From NCBI GenBank assembly GCA_964599405.1, contig CAZRED010000001.1, forward strand, positions 218,323 to 282,322: 64,000 nucleotides of DNA. The letters run 5' to 3'. Position 1 is the first letter of the stretch. Every line of letters starts with the position of its first letter. Source of the stretch: an uncultured Candidatus Saccharibacteria bacterium (GTDB taxonomy: Bacteria; Patescibacteriota; UBA1384; 2-12-FULL-50-11). This document shows positions 48,263 through 58,089 of the stretch, piece after piece. The notes below the pieces were generated by a model, which was not told the origin of the DNA, did not search any database, and saw only the letters and a list, made by a program, of their open reading frames with translations. A program made the translations under genes and the position numbers.

Positions 48263-50928
48263 TGGCCAAGAAAGCCCAAAACAAACCGGTTGCTACCCAG
48301 AAGTTCCTGCAGATCGAGCGAATTCGCGACGGCATCGTTATCTTGAAAGACGGCCGGCTGCGCAAGATTGTCCGGTGTATGCCGTTAAACTTTGATTTGA
48401 AAAGTGAAAAAGAAAAAGAAGTGGCGATTTATCAGTACCAAAACTTTTTGAATTCGCTGAAGTTTCCCCTGCAAATCGTCATCCAATCGCGACGGGTGGA
48501 CTTGTCGGCCTACGTGGAAAAAGTTGAGCAGGCTTCGGCCAACGAAATTAACGAACTACTCCAAAAACAGTCGAAAGACTACCTGGAATTCATCAAAATT
48601 CTAAGCGAACAGGTTAATATCATGGAGAAGTCTTTCTATATGATTGTCGGCCATACGGTGAAAGGAGCGGTAGAGCGCCAGACCTTCGTGGACAAAATCC
48701 TGGGGAAAAAGCGAATTGGTCTGACCGATGTGACCGACAAAGACTTTGCTGAATACAAAACAGTCTTGAGTGAACGGACCCGCACCGTCGCTGGCCGACT
48801 GAATTCGCTGGGCATCCAAACCCATGAACTAGACACCCGGGAAATTATTGAGCTGTTTTACAACTCCTATAACCCCGAGGAATCCTTCACTCAACACTTA
48901 GCCGACCCCGAACAAGTAACGGCTCCTGTGGTACAAAAAGGGCAGGATTTGCTGAAAAAAGCCGGGATTTCAGAGCTGTTACCGCCAGCGACTAACCCGC
49001 CAGCGGCAGCTGCGCCGGCTGGCGCTGGCGAGGTTAAGATTGACCAAGCGGCGGCGGCCGATATTGGCAACGAAGCCAAAACAATGCGCAAAACCACCGT
49101 TTCCCAAATTTTCAACCGGCTCGGCATTAAAGCCACCGACGCCGAAAACACCGAAGCGGTTCTGCGCCAGGGTATCGCCAGTGTGCTGGACGTGATTGCC
49201 CCGGGAGGCATGAATATCACCCCCAACTACGTGCAGCTAGGCAGCTACTATCTCCGCACTCTTTTTGTTTACACCTACCCGCGCTATCTCCAGGCCAACT
49301 GGCTCTCGCCGATTATCAATTATGACACCACGCTCGATTTAGGAATGTTTATCTACCCAATCGAAACCAATATTTTGGTCGGGCAGTTGCGCCGGAAAAC
49401 TACCCAATTACAGTCCAGCTTACAGATTGAGTCCGAAAAAGGGCTGGTTCGAAACCCGGAGCTGGAGACAGCCGTTGGCGATATCGAAGAGCTACGTGAC
49501 ACTCTTCAAAAAGGGGAAACCCGCCTGTTCCAGATGGGGCTCTACTTCACCATATACGCTAGTACGATCGACGAGCTTAATAAACTTTCCAAACAGTTCG
49601 AGTCAATCCTTGGCGGGCAGTTAATCTACACCAAGCAAGCCCTCTTACAAATGGAGCAAGGCTTCAACGCCACTATGCCGCTGCTCGACGACCAGATGGA
49701 TATCGTCCGCAATCTCGACACCGCTTCGCTCTCCACCACCTTCCCCTTCACCTCGGCCGAACTATCGCACCACGACGGTGTGCTCTACGGCATCAACTTG
49801 CACAATAGCTCACTGGTATTGTTTGACCGCTTCCGCATGGAGAACGCCAATCAGGTGGTTTTTGCCAAATCTGGCGCCGGTAAATCTTACGCCGTTAAGC
49901 TAGAAGTAATCCGTTCCTTGATGCTCGGCTCCGAAGTAATTGTGATTGACCCAGAAAACGAGTATCGCACCCTCGCTCAAGCCGTTGGCGGCACCTACGT
50001 TGACCTGTCGCTGAACTCCACCCAGAAAATTAACCCGTTTGATCTACCGAAATACCGCGAAGACTCTGGCGAAACCGGTGAACAGTTGCTGCGCAGCACT
50101 GTCGTGGCCGTTCACGGTCTGGTGAGCCTGATGGCTGGCAGTCTTAACCCCGAGGAAGACAACTTGCTCGACAAGGCCCTTTACGAAACCTACGCCCTGC
50201 GTGACATCACCACCGACCCAGCCAGCCACGCCAACACCCCGCCAACCATGAGCGATTTGGTAACAGTGCTCCAAAACATGAGCAGCACGGAGTCGCTGGT
50301 TAATCGCCTCGCCAAATACACCGACGGTAGTTTTGCCGGTTTGTTTAACTCCCAGACTAACATTGATATGAACAATAAAGTCACCGTTTTCTCGATCCGC
50401 GACATGGAAGACGAGCTCCGACCAATCGGCATGTACATGGCCTTGAACTACATCTGGGCACGGGTGAAAAGTGATTTGCGCAAACGAATGATGGTAATCG
50501 ACGAGGGCTGGGTGCTGATGCGCTACGAGGACTCGGCCAAATTTGTGAACGCCATCGCCAAACGAGCCCGCAAATACTACTTGGGTCTGACAGTGATTAG
50601 TCAAGACGTTGAAGATTTCTTGGGCTCCAGTTACGGCCGATCGGTAGTTAGCAACTCTTCAACCCAACTATTACTTGGCCAGTCGACCACGGCTATCGAT
50701 AAAATTGCCGAAGTTTTCAAACTGACCGATGGCGAGAAGTTTTTCTTAACCGAGGCGGAAGTCGGCCAGGGCTTGTTCTTTGCCGGTAATAACCGGGCAG
50801 CCATTCAAATTGTTTCGTCTTATACCGAAGATCAAATTATTACCACCGATCCGAAACAGCTGCTGGAGCTCTACGGCATTGGTGGGCAGTCCACTCCGCC
50901 CGAAGTGAATACGCCGCCAAATGGCTGA
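48259..50928 (+). CDS. VirB4-like T4SS ATPase (PrgJ/TrsE/CagE family)
   Basis: 889 aa. Walker A FAKSGAGKSYAVK in the C-terminal half, Walker B MMVIDEGW. N-terminal VirB4-type domain. Confidence 0.85.
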   Translation: MMAKKAQNKPVATQKFLQIERIRDGIVILKDGRLRKIVRCMPLNFDLKSEKEKEVAIYQYQNFLNSLKFPLQIVIQSRRVDLSAYVEKVEQASANEINELLQKQSKDYLEFIKILSEQVNIMEKSFYMIVGHTVKGAVERQTFVDKILGKKRIGLTDVTDKDFAEYKTVLSERTRTVAGRLNSLGIQTHELDTREIIELFYNSYNPEESFTQHLADPEQVTAPVVQKGQDLLKKAGISELLPPATNPPAAAAPAGAGEVKIDQAAAADIGNEAKTMRKTTVSQIFNRLGIKATDAENTEAVLRQGIASVLDVIAPGGMNITPNYVQLGSYYLRTLFVYTYPRYLQANWLSPIINYDTTLDLGMFIYPIETNILVGQLRRKTTQLQSSLQIESEKGLVRNPELETAVGDIEELRDTLQKGETRLFQMGLYFTIYASTIDELNKLSKQFESILGGQLIYTKQALLQMEQGFNATMPLLDDQMDIVRNLDTASLSTTFPFTSAELSHHDGVLYGINLHNSSLVLFDRFRMENANQVVFAKSGAGKSYAVKLEVIRSLMLGSEVIVIDPENEYRTLAQAVGGTYVDLSLNSTQKINPFDLPKYREDSGETGEQLLRSTVVAVHGLVSLMAGSLNPEEDNLLDKALYETYALRDITTDPASHANTPPTMSDLVTVLQNMSSTESLVNRLAKYTDGSFAGLFNSQTNIDMNNKVTVFSIRDMEDELRPIGMYMALNYIWARVKSDLRKRMMVIDEGWVLMRYEDSAKFVNAIAKRARKYYLGLTVISQDVEDFLGSSYGRSVVSNSSTQLLLGQSTTAIDKIAEVFKLTDGEKFFLTEAEVGQGLFFAGNNRAAIQIVSSYTEDQIITTDPKQLLELYGIGGQSTPPEVNTPPNG

Positions 50929-52225
50929 GCCGGCGTTGCAACTCCCCGACGACGATATTGAACCGGTCGAACCAAGCGACCCTGATGTTTTATACATGCC
51001 CGGCGCCGAACCGCCGCCGGAGTCTGTTGCTGACGATGGCCAAACCATTGATGCCCGCCCACAAATTAACGAACGTCTTGAGCAGCAGAAGCGCGCTAAA
51101 GCCCAAAGCGAAGTAGAAAAAGTAAAATCCGGCGAACAGAAACTGAAAAAAGCGACCAGCACACCGACAGCGGGCAAGTCCAAGTTCGGAGAGGCGGCCG
51201 CCGGTGCGGCACTGTCTGGCGGCGGAGACAAAGAAGACCGAAAAGAAAGAGCCAAAGAAGCCTTGAAAGAAGAGGCTAAACAACAAGCCAAGCAGTACGC
51301 GAAACAAATCGCTCGTCAGGCGGGTGCGACGATAAAGAAAGCGGCTGTTGAGGCTATCGCCGCCACCTCAGAGTTCTGGGTTCCTGCGCTGGTTATCATT
51401 CTAATTATCATTGCAATTGTCGCCATTATCTTTGTCCTCTTCTCCTTTGACGGTGACGGCGGCAAAGGCCCCGCCCAGTACCCGGAAACAGCCCTGCAGC
51501 GCCAGCACTCCAACTTTTTACTGGCAATTTCAGGCGATAAAATTGCGAGCGATGTGGCAGTCAAAGAAGTGATCGACAGCGAGCTCGAGCGCTACGATCG
51601 GATTAAGACCAACGCCGACCGTTTCAACCCCGACCTGTCAACTACCATTGCCGCCAAGAAAATTGAACTGGACGGCAAGCTGATGGGGCTGCTAATTGAA
51701 AAAAGTGTCGATCGGCGCAAAGTCTTGCGCGACCAATTCCAAGGGGAGATGCGGGCGTTTGAAGCCACGCTGCCGTTTGGCAGCTGGATTGCGGCGTTGG
51801 CCGAAGAGCGGGTAGGCCAGCCCAATCTGCAATTCTGTTCGATTACTGGCGCCACCGCTAAGGTAGCCTGCGCATCGTTTACGTCCACTATTATGTACCT
51901 GGCCGGCGTGCCCAATGCCATCGTTGGCAATACGACCGAAGTTTGGAACAACAGCGCTCTAAAAGTAGTGATCGATCGCAGCCCCGCCCCCACGGCAGGG
52001 CAGTACGACCCTGCCAAGCTTCAGCCCGGCGATATTATCTGGTGGGGCAATGGCAGCTGCAGCAGCGTCAAGTACTCTGGTAAGCTCTTTGACCACGTTG
52101 GTTTTTATGTTGGTAACGGCATGGCGATAGACACCAGCTCCAGCCGCGAAACGGTCGAAAAGCGCTCGGCGCCGCGTCGTGATAGCTGCCGGCTATTTAA
52201 CGGGGCTAAAAGGTACGGAAGATGA
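50921..52225 (+). CDS. membrane-anchored NlpC/P60 (CHAP-like) peptidoglycan hydrolase
   Basis: Acidic N-terminus, K/E-rich segment, TM (VPALVIILIIIAIVAIIFVLF). C-terminal FCSITG (Cys) and HVGFYVGNGMAID (His box) motifs. Confidence 0.55.
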   Translation: MAEPALQLPDDDIEPVEPSDPDVLYMPGAEPPPESVADDGQTIDARPQINERLEQQKRAKAQSEVEKVKSGEQKLKKATSTPTAGKSKFGEAAAGAALSGGGDKEDRKERAKEALKEEAKQQAKQYAKQIARQAGATIKKAAVEAIAATSEFWVPALVIILIIIAIVAIIFVLFSFDGDGGKGPAQYPETALQRQHSNFLLAISGDKIASDVAVKEVIDSELERYDRIKTNADRFNPDLSTTIAAKKIELDGKLMGLLIEKSVDRRKVLRDQFQGEMRAFEATLPFGSWIAALAEERVGQPNLQFCSITGATAKVACASFTSTIMYLAGVPNAIVGNTTEVWNNSALKVVIDRSPAPTAGQYDPAKLQPGDIIWWGNGSCSSVKYSGKLFDHVGFYVGNGMAIDTSSSRETVEKRSAPRRDSCRLFNGAKRYGR

Positions 52226-55200
52226 CAAATAAAAAAGTCTTTCAGCTATTGGCAGCAACGTTTCTGGGCCTGTTGATTGTTGCCCAACCGCTCTTTGTCG
52301 TTGGCCAGTGGCGGTTTGACCGAATCCAAGCTCAACAAGACGACGGCGTTGAGCCCGACAATACCAACGTTTCCCCGGAAGACCAGCTTGGCGACGCCTC
52401 CCCAATCGATTCGCTCGAAGAGCTCGATCCGGTACTGCTAACTAGCCCCGCCCTGACCATTGCCCCGCAAGACGCTAACAATATCCGTGAAGGCCGGGTG
52501 GACGTGCGGGTAACCGACTACTTAATTTACTTAATTACCCCCGTCGAGAAGGGTGGTGGTGGCTTTAAACACATTAAGACGCAACGAATTTTGAAGAACT
52601 ACGACACCGACGGCGTCGGCCGTTTTGATCGGGAAACCCTAGCCGCTATCGATGAAGACGGCTCGGTAATCTCGGCCCACAACGACGGCCAGGCGGTGGA
52701 CGTTTCAGAAGTTGGGGCGATTACCTGCAAAATGGTTGAGCGACGCTATTTGGGCGGCTCAACTACCAAGTGGCAACGCCCCAAACCAATCAAAGTGGCC
52801 TGGCAGAGCCGTGACGGCATCCGCCGCAACCCTACCCCGAAAGGACCAAGCCTCTTTGAGGTCGCTAACACCATGACCGCCCAAAGCATCCTGATGATGC
52901 TTAACGAGTCCGGCGAGATGGACGACTTTGCCGACTACGTCAAAGGGCTCTCGATGGGAGAAATCTTTCGCTACGTCGGCGCTAATATCCTGTTGAAAAA
53001 TTACGGCGCTGGCGATATCCAAATCGACCCACTTTCGCACGATGTTCCGGAGATTCTCGGGGCGCTGTTGTTGCAACGCTCACTCCCCGACTTGCCAACC
53101 AACCTACCAATTGCCGACGGCGATCAAGACATTCGGATTGCGGTCGCTCGCGCCCAAATAGAAGAATTGCTCAACTTGCCGGCCGGCTCGCTACGCGGTT
53201 TCGGCTGGGACGCTATTCTAGCCAGTACCGGCAAGCGAACTTTAGAAAATGCTTTGGGGCTCCCAACGCTAACCTTTGACAAGAAATCACTCGAGGAGGC
53301 TTTGGGTAACGATGCTGTTCAAGCCGCCCTTAAAGAATTCGCTCGCAGCGATCAATCGTTTGGAGTAATGGACGGTACCGTTGGCCTAATCCAGGCCAAA
53401 GATAACCGTGGCTTTGTGTGGGCCGGCGTTAATTTGCTGGCCGATGCTCTACGTTTAAGCCCCGAGCAGCGCCAAGCATTAGTGGCTGCCGTTAAAGCCA
53501 ACCAACAGCCGACAATTCAGCTAGAGACGGTCGGCGCCGACCAAGCTGTCCCCATCGATGTGCTGACCTCGATGTTTGTGGCTAGCGGCAACGAAACCCA
53601 GATACTAAAAGATTTTGGCCAGCGCTACCTTAGCCAAGTGCTCTCCAAGGCCGTGCCCAATCAGCTGTTGGGGCTGACTCGCGAGGTTTTGGGCGACTTA
53701 GCTAACTCTGACAGCAATGTTAAATACGGCGACCTGCGCCGCAGCATGGGGGTACGCAAAATTGCTTCGGACAGCTCGGTTTCCGTTGAAAATGCTGACA
53801 ACTTGGACGGCGGCGCCGGCAACAGCCGCTACTACGGCGAAATCGCCGAAGCCCTTAATGCCCAGCTCGACCTGTCGGTACAGACAATCGGCGCTGGCGA
53901 TATTACAGCGATGCTCCGCGGTGACAACTCAGGGTTACTGGCCAAGGTTGGCGGTAACCAGGCCGATAAAGCCCTCGGTTGGTATAACGGCACGGGCTAC
54001 GCCATTATCAACGGCGACAAAACTTTTGAGCAGGGTCTGAACGAAATCTTCAGCAACTCGTTAACCCAGCTAGTTGGCCTGCCGGCGGGTGTGGAGGTCA
54101 GCTTAGAAGGCGATCTCTACCGTAACTACGGTAACGCTCTGGCCGAAAACCGGCTGGGCTTTGCCTTAACGGAAGGCGGCTCGGCTACCGACATCAACCC
54201 CCAGACGCTTTATCAAGGCTTTGGACTGCGGGAAAGCCGGGGCTTGGCCGAACTGCGAGCCGATAACGCTTACTGGCAACGCGCCGACGTTATCGACGCC
54301 CTGGAGTTTTCCGATATTCGGCTGGGTGTGGCCCTAGGCAGTAGTGCTGCTTACCTGCGTGGCCAGAGCGATAACAACGCCTTTTCGCGCCTAGCCGCCC
54401 AAGGCAACTTATCAACCATTACCCGCGACAAAATTCTTAACTACCTAGACCTCGAAGACAACTACAAGTTAAGCAACGACGAGCTAAATGTTATCGTCGA
54501 CACCCTCGGCAACTGGGACAGCGCTGACGTTACCGCCCAGCAGCGGGTGCTTAGCTTGGGTCTAAAACTAATCGGCGTCACCCTCGACCAGCGAACAACG
54601 TTCGAAAAAGGAGCGATTCTCAATATTGCCCAGAGCCAAAATAGTGCCGAGCTAGTTGACCGACTGATTGAGCAAGGAGTCCGGCAGTTGGCCGGAGCTT
54701 TGGGAGTCAACGTCGCCAGCTTTGAAACGGCTGACTACAAGATACTTACCACCCTGCTAACCGATGCTTACAACGGCTCGCTGGCCGGCAGTACCGGTGC
54801 CTACGGCTATACCGCTGAAAACTTGCTAGTTAAATGGCTGACCGACGCTACCGGTATTCCGGTAGTCACCGACGTCCGGACTTTCATCGACGGTAACGTC
54901 CGAACTGGCCTCGAATCCTGGTCGGCCGCCCAGATGGTGAAGTTCGCCAATACCTACCTGCCCGGCGAAGTGCAGCTCACCTACGACGAGCTGCGTAATG
55001 CCATTAATTTAACCGACAGCGCGTTAATTAACGCCCGGGCTAGTGAGATTGCCGCCAGCAGCGGCGGGGTGGTGGCGGACTACGTCGACCAGGCTCGTCG
55101 GGAACTGATGCAGCAGTTCCGCGACAACGGCAAATACAAAATTTCCGACGCCTTTTTGCGCCAAGCCGAGATCCCGGTACCGGCTAACTTTTCGAAAGTG

Positions 55201-56502
55201 ATGTTCTCCGGAACCAATCAAGAACGTTCTGAAATGCTAACTAGCTCGTTGTTTGCTTTCCTCGATAACGAACTGCGCAAAATTAACCCCAACTACACTT
55301 CGGGCACGCTCGAGCGTTTGTATAACGGCGAAATCGGTGTCGGACAGATGGACCAGCTGGTTATCAACATTGTCAGCGGCCAGGCCGGGTCGCTTGGCGG
55401 GTTATCTACCAGCTTCCTCGGCAGCTTCTACTCGTTTATCTCTTCCCCGGATAAAACCGCCTTCTTCACCGACGATCGCTATCAAGACATGTGGGGAACG
55501 ATGGAGAACTGGTTTGGCAATAATCTTGGCATCTCGGGGCTACCGCCGGGCTTTGCTAAATCGGTGTACTACGCCTCACAGAACGATTGGAATTTCGACG
55601 CCTCAATTATCGAAAATGGCCAAGTATTAGTGCCCTCCATCAACCAAATTGGTAGTGATTTGCTGGCCAATCGCATAACCCAATGGGCTGACTCAACAAT
55701 GGGCTTACCGGCCGGATCGGCCTATCAATTATATCGGGCCGTCAACGCCATTGGTGCTGCCTCGCGGGCTTTGGCCGCTGCCAGGGCGGTCGGCGACGCC
55801 AGCCAAATCACCCAAGCCCAAAGTGGTTTGAGCACGGCCCAAGCTACCCTGGCCACCATCGCAATAACTATCGCCTTAAACGCCTGCGCGGCCTGCCAGC
55901 AGTTCTTTGCTTCAGTAGACCAAGCCCTGGCCGCCCCGCCCGGCTTTACCAATGCGGCAGTTGCTGGCGCCATTGCGATGGCTTTTGGCCTGGGGCCAGC
56001 TGGCTTAATTGCTGCGGCGGCAATTTACTTATTTGGCGTCTACAAGGTTGATTACCTCTGCCCCATGCCGCCTCCCGATCGGTTTGCCTATCCGCAGTTC
56101 GACAATCCCCAAGACGCTCTAGCGCCGTCGGACAGTAGCTACTACGCCGACCCGGCAGTAGTAGTAAAAGATAGCCCAGCACCAGGCCAGAACAAATTCG
56201 ATTGGGACGACGGCGTACCGTTTAAAGACGCCAATAACCCCGAGCTGTGGATGGCCTGGAGTCGCTACTTCACCGGCAAGCTGCTTGACGCCACTATGAG
56301 CTATGGCGCGAGCGTTGATGGCGCCGGCAAACCGCTGCAGGTAATTACCTACCGTCAGGCCAACGTCGAGTTCTTTGCACCGCGCGCCGCTGCCACATTT
56401 GGTCCGAGCGAGGCCGGCAACGATCGGCTGGGCCTAGGCTTCACCCAGGCTTCCACTAAAACCACCGACTGGGTGCATGCCGCCTTTGGAGGGTTTTTCT
56501 AA
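52222..56502 (+). CDS. giant secreted/surface protein (1426 aa), possible peptidase M15-like motif near N-terminus
   Basis: Signal peptide. SAHNDGQAVDV resembles the VanY/M15 S-x-H-x-x-G-x-A-x-D zinc motif. Hydrophobic C-terminal segment. Confidence 0.55.
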   Translation: MTNKKVFQLLAATFLGLLIVAQPLFVVGQWRFDRIQAQQDDGVEPDNTNVSPEDQLGDASPIDSLEELDPVLLTSPALTIAPQDANNIREGRVDVRVTDYLIYLITPVEKGGGGFKHIKTQRILKNYDTDGVGRFDRETLAAIDEDGSVISAHNDGQAVDVSEVGAITCKMVERRYLGGSTTKWQRPKPIKVAWQSRDGIRRNPTPKGPSLFEVANTMTAQSILMMLNESGEMDDFADYVKGLSMGEIFRYVGANILLKNYGAGDIQIDPLSHDVPEILGALLLQRSLPDLPTNLPIADGDQDIRIAVARAQIEELLNLPAGSLRGFGWDAILASTGKRTLENALGLPTLTFDKKSLEEALGNDAVQAALKEFARSDQSFGVMDGTVGLIQAKDNRGFVWAGVNLLADALRLSPEQRQALVAAVKANQQPTIQLETVGADQAVPIDVLTSMFVASGNETQILKDFGQRYLSQVLSKAVPNQLLGLTREVLGDLANSDSNVKYGDLRRSMGVRKIASDSSVSVENADNLDGGAGNSRYYGEIAEALNAQLDLSVQTIGAGDITAMLRGDNSGLLAKVGGNQADKALGWYNGTGYAIINGDKTFEQGLNEIFSNSLTQLVGLPAGVEVSLEGDLYRNYGNALAENRLGFALTEGGSATDINPQTLYQGFGLRESRGLAELRADNAYWQRADVIDALEFSDIRLGVALGSSAAYLRGQSDNNAFSRLAAQGNLSTITRDKILNYLDLEDNYKLSNDELNVIVDTLGNWDSADVTAQQRVLSLGLKLIGVTLDQRTTFEKGAILNIAQSQNSAELVDRLIEQGVRQLAGALGVNVASFETADYKILTTLLTDAYNGSLAGSTGAYGYTAENLLVKWLTDATGIPVVTDVRTFIDGNVRTGLESWSAAQMVKFANTYLPGEVQLTYDELRNAINLTDSALINARASEIAASSGGVVADYVDQARRELMQQFRDNGKYKISDAFLRQAEIPVPANFSKVMFSGTNQERSEMLTSSLFAFLDNELRKINPNYTSGTLERLYNGEIGVGQMDQLVINIVSGQAGSLGGLSTSFLGSFYSFISSPDKTAFFTDDRYQDMWGTMENWFGNNLGISGLPPGFAKSVYYASQNDWNFDASIIENGQVLVPSINQIGSDLLANRITQWADSTMGLPAGSAYQLYRAVNAIGAASRALAAARAVGDASQITQAQSGLSTAQATLATIAITIALNACAACQQFFASVDQALAAPPGFTNAAVAGAIAMAFGLGPAGLIAAAAIYLFGVYKVDYLCPMPPPDRFAYPQFDNPQDALAPSDSSYYADPAVVVKDSPAPGQNKFDWDDGVPFKDANNPELWMAWSRYFTGKLLDATMSYGASVDGAGKPLQVITYRQANVEFFAPRAAATFGPSEAGNDRLGLGFTQASTKTTDWVHAAFGGFF

Positions 56503-57233
56503 TGCGCCAGAAACGTCCAGGAATCTCGGCGGTAATTGTGATTGTCGCGGCACTGGTGATTATTCTCGGAATAATCGTTTTCCCGATTATTATTGTTGGA
56601 ACTTACTTAGGGGGAGGGCTGGATAAAGCAACGGGTGCGGTTGGGGCAACGCTAACCAGTAGCGAGTGTATCACCCCGCTCTATCCACCCGTGGCTGACG
56701 AGCAGAAATTCGCCGCCGCCATCGACACTTACGTCGCCAAACTAACCCCGAGCTCTCCATTTGTGGGCATGGGAAAGGTGTTCGTTGATGCTGGTAAAAG
56801 TTACGGCATTAATCCGGCCTGGGTGGTCAATATTGCCCGAAAAGAATCGTCGTTCGGCATTCACATACCACCAAACTCCAATAATGCTTTCGGCCGAACC
56901 GCCACATCAGAGCAGCCCGGCGTTGAGCTCAGCGGTCGCAAGTGGTATCGATACGACTCTTTTGAAGCTAGCATCCCCGTCCAAACCGAATATCTAAAAA
57001 GACGCTATATCGACCAAGGCCTAGTGACGATCGAGACCATTACTAACGTTTATGCTCCGCCGTCAGAAAACAGCACCGGCACGTATATCGAACAGATGAA
57101 GGAATGGATTGGTAGAGTGATGGCTCTGGCTGGTAACGGGGTTACTTGCCCAGGTTCGGCGGTCGTGGCAATTAAGGCAGCGCCGACAATTTTGTTGGCT
57201 GGTATATTGAAAGGGAGTATTAATGAAAAATAA
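56502..57233 (+). CDS. membrane-anchored glucosaminidase-like (FlgJ-type) peptidoglycan hydrolase
   Basis: N-terminal TM. ARKESSFG ... NNAFG ... YRYDSFEASI pattern of the mannosyl-glycoprotein endo-beta-N-acetylglucosaminidase domain. Confidence 0.55.
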   Translation: MRQKRPGISAVIVIVAALVIILGIIVFPIIIVGTYLGGGLDKATGAVGATLTSSECITPLYPPVADEQKFAAAIDTYVAKLTPSSPFVGMGKVFVDAGKSYGINPAWVVNIARKESSFGIHIPPNSNNAFGRTATSEQPGVELSGRKWYRYDSFEASIPVQTEYLKRRYIDQGLVTIETITNVYAPPSENSTGTYIEQMKEWIGRVMALAGNGVTCPGSAVVAIKAAPTILLAGILKGSINEK

Positions 57234-57819
57234 GTTCCTCCTGTATGGTTTGATAGCTGTCGCCCTAGTTGTAGCCTTCTTCATCTATCGCTCGACCCTT
57301 TTCCGGCTGATTGATACTAACCCCAAGCGCAACACTACTGACATGGCAATTAGCGCCCCGGTTCAGTTTGTTTTCTCAAAAGAAGTGGCCGCAACCGACA
57401 GCTTAACCATTGAAATTAGCCCACCCCAAGACGGTACAATCGCGGTTGCCGGAAAAACAGTGACCGTTCAAACCGGCCTGAAATATTACACCGACTATAC
57501 TATTACCCTGAAAAGCGTCTCCAGTGTTGGAGGCAAGAAAATTGACAGCGTTTCGGTTCGTTTTGTTACTGGCGGATTGGATCTGGCCGGAGTTGAGAAG
57601 CGCAACCAGCTCTTATCAACGCTCCCCTACACCGAAGAGCGTTTCTCGGTTGATTACACCGTCGGTAACCGAGTATTTACGGTGCAAGTTTTTAGCGAAC
57701 CGGTTGAAGACGTAAAACGAGCCGCCTTAGAGTTTCTGGGTCAGCACGGCGTTACCGAAGCCACCGATAAGATTGAATTTTATATCGTACCTAGCGTCTC
57801 CGGCCAGGCTGGCCCGTAG
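57223..57819 (+). CDS. membrane-anchored hypothetical protein, last gene of the operon
   Basis: N-terminal TM, beta-rich remainder. Confidence 0.45.
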   Translation: MKNKFLLYGLIAVALVVAFFIYRSTLFRLIDTNPKRNTTDMAISAPVQFVFSKEVAATDSLTIEISPPQDGTIAVAGKTVTVQTGLKYYTDYTITLKSVSSVGGKKIDSVSVRFVTGGLDLAGVEKRNQLLSTLPYTEERFSVDYTVGNRVFTVQVFSEPVEDVKRAALEFLGQHGVTEATDKIEFYIVPSVSGQAGP

Positions 57820-58089
57820 CTATCGAGATATTTTTATCCTAATTGTGTAGCCGTGGCCCTTACCGGCCATATCGACCAGCTCGGCGTAGAGCCGGGGTCG
57901 GCGCAGTTTAAAGAAAGTGGCCTGGGCGTTGCTGGCGCAGTGGAGGGTGATAATTTGGCCGCGTACACTGACCCGCGGGGCGTCGCTGTGAATGGTTTTG
58001 AGCTTTTTTTGAAACTGCGCTGATAGATAAATGCGCTGCAAATAATCCCGTCCCCCGCCGCTAAGGATATTTTTGATCGGTTCGATCAT
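57820..58089 (-). CDS. DUF721/DciA-like protein downstream of recF
   Basis: 89 aa. Conserved recF-DUF721 synteny. 4-nt overlap with recF. Confidence 0.55.
   Translation of the reverse strand: MIEPIKNILSGGGRDYLQRIYLSAQFQKKLKTIHSDAPRVSVRGQIITLHCASNAQATFFKLRRPRLYAELVDMAGKGHGYTIRIKISR

Noticed and set aside
50044-52017. Minus-strand ORFs inside the VirB4-like and NlpC/P60 genes (50044..50604, 50746..51291, 50990..51307, 51592..52017)
   Set aside because: Antisense to strongly supported plus-strand genes with Walker motifs. Skewed composition.
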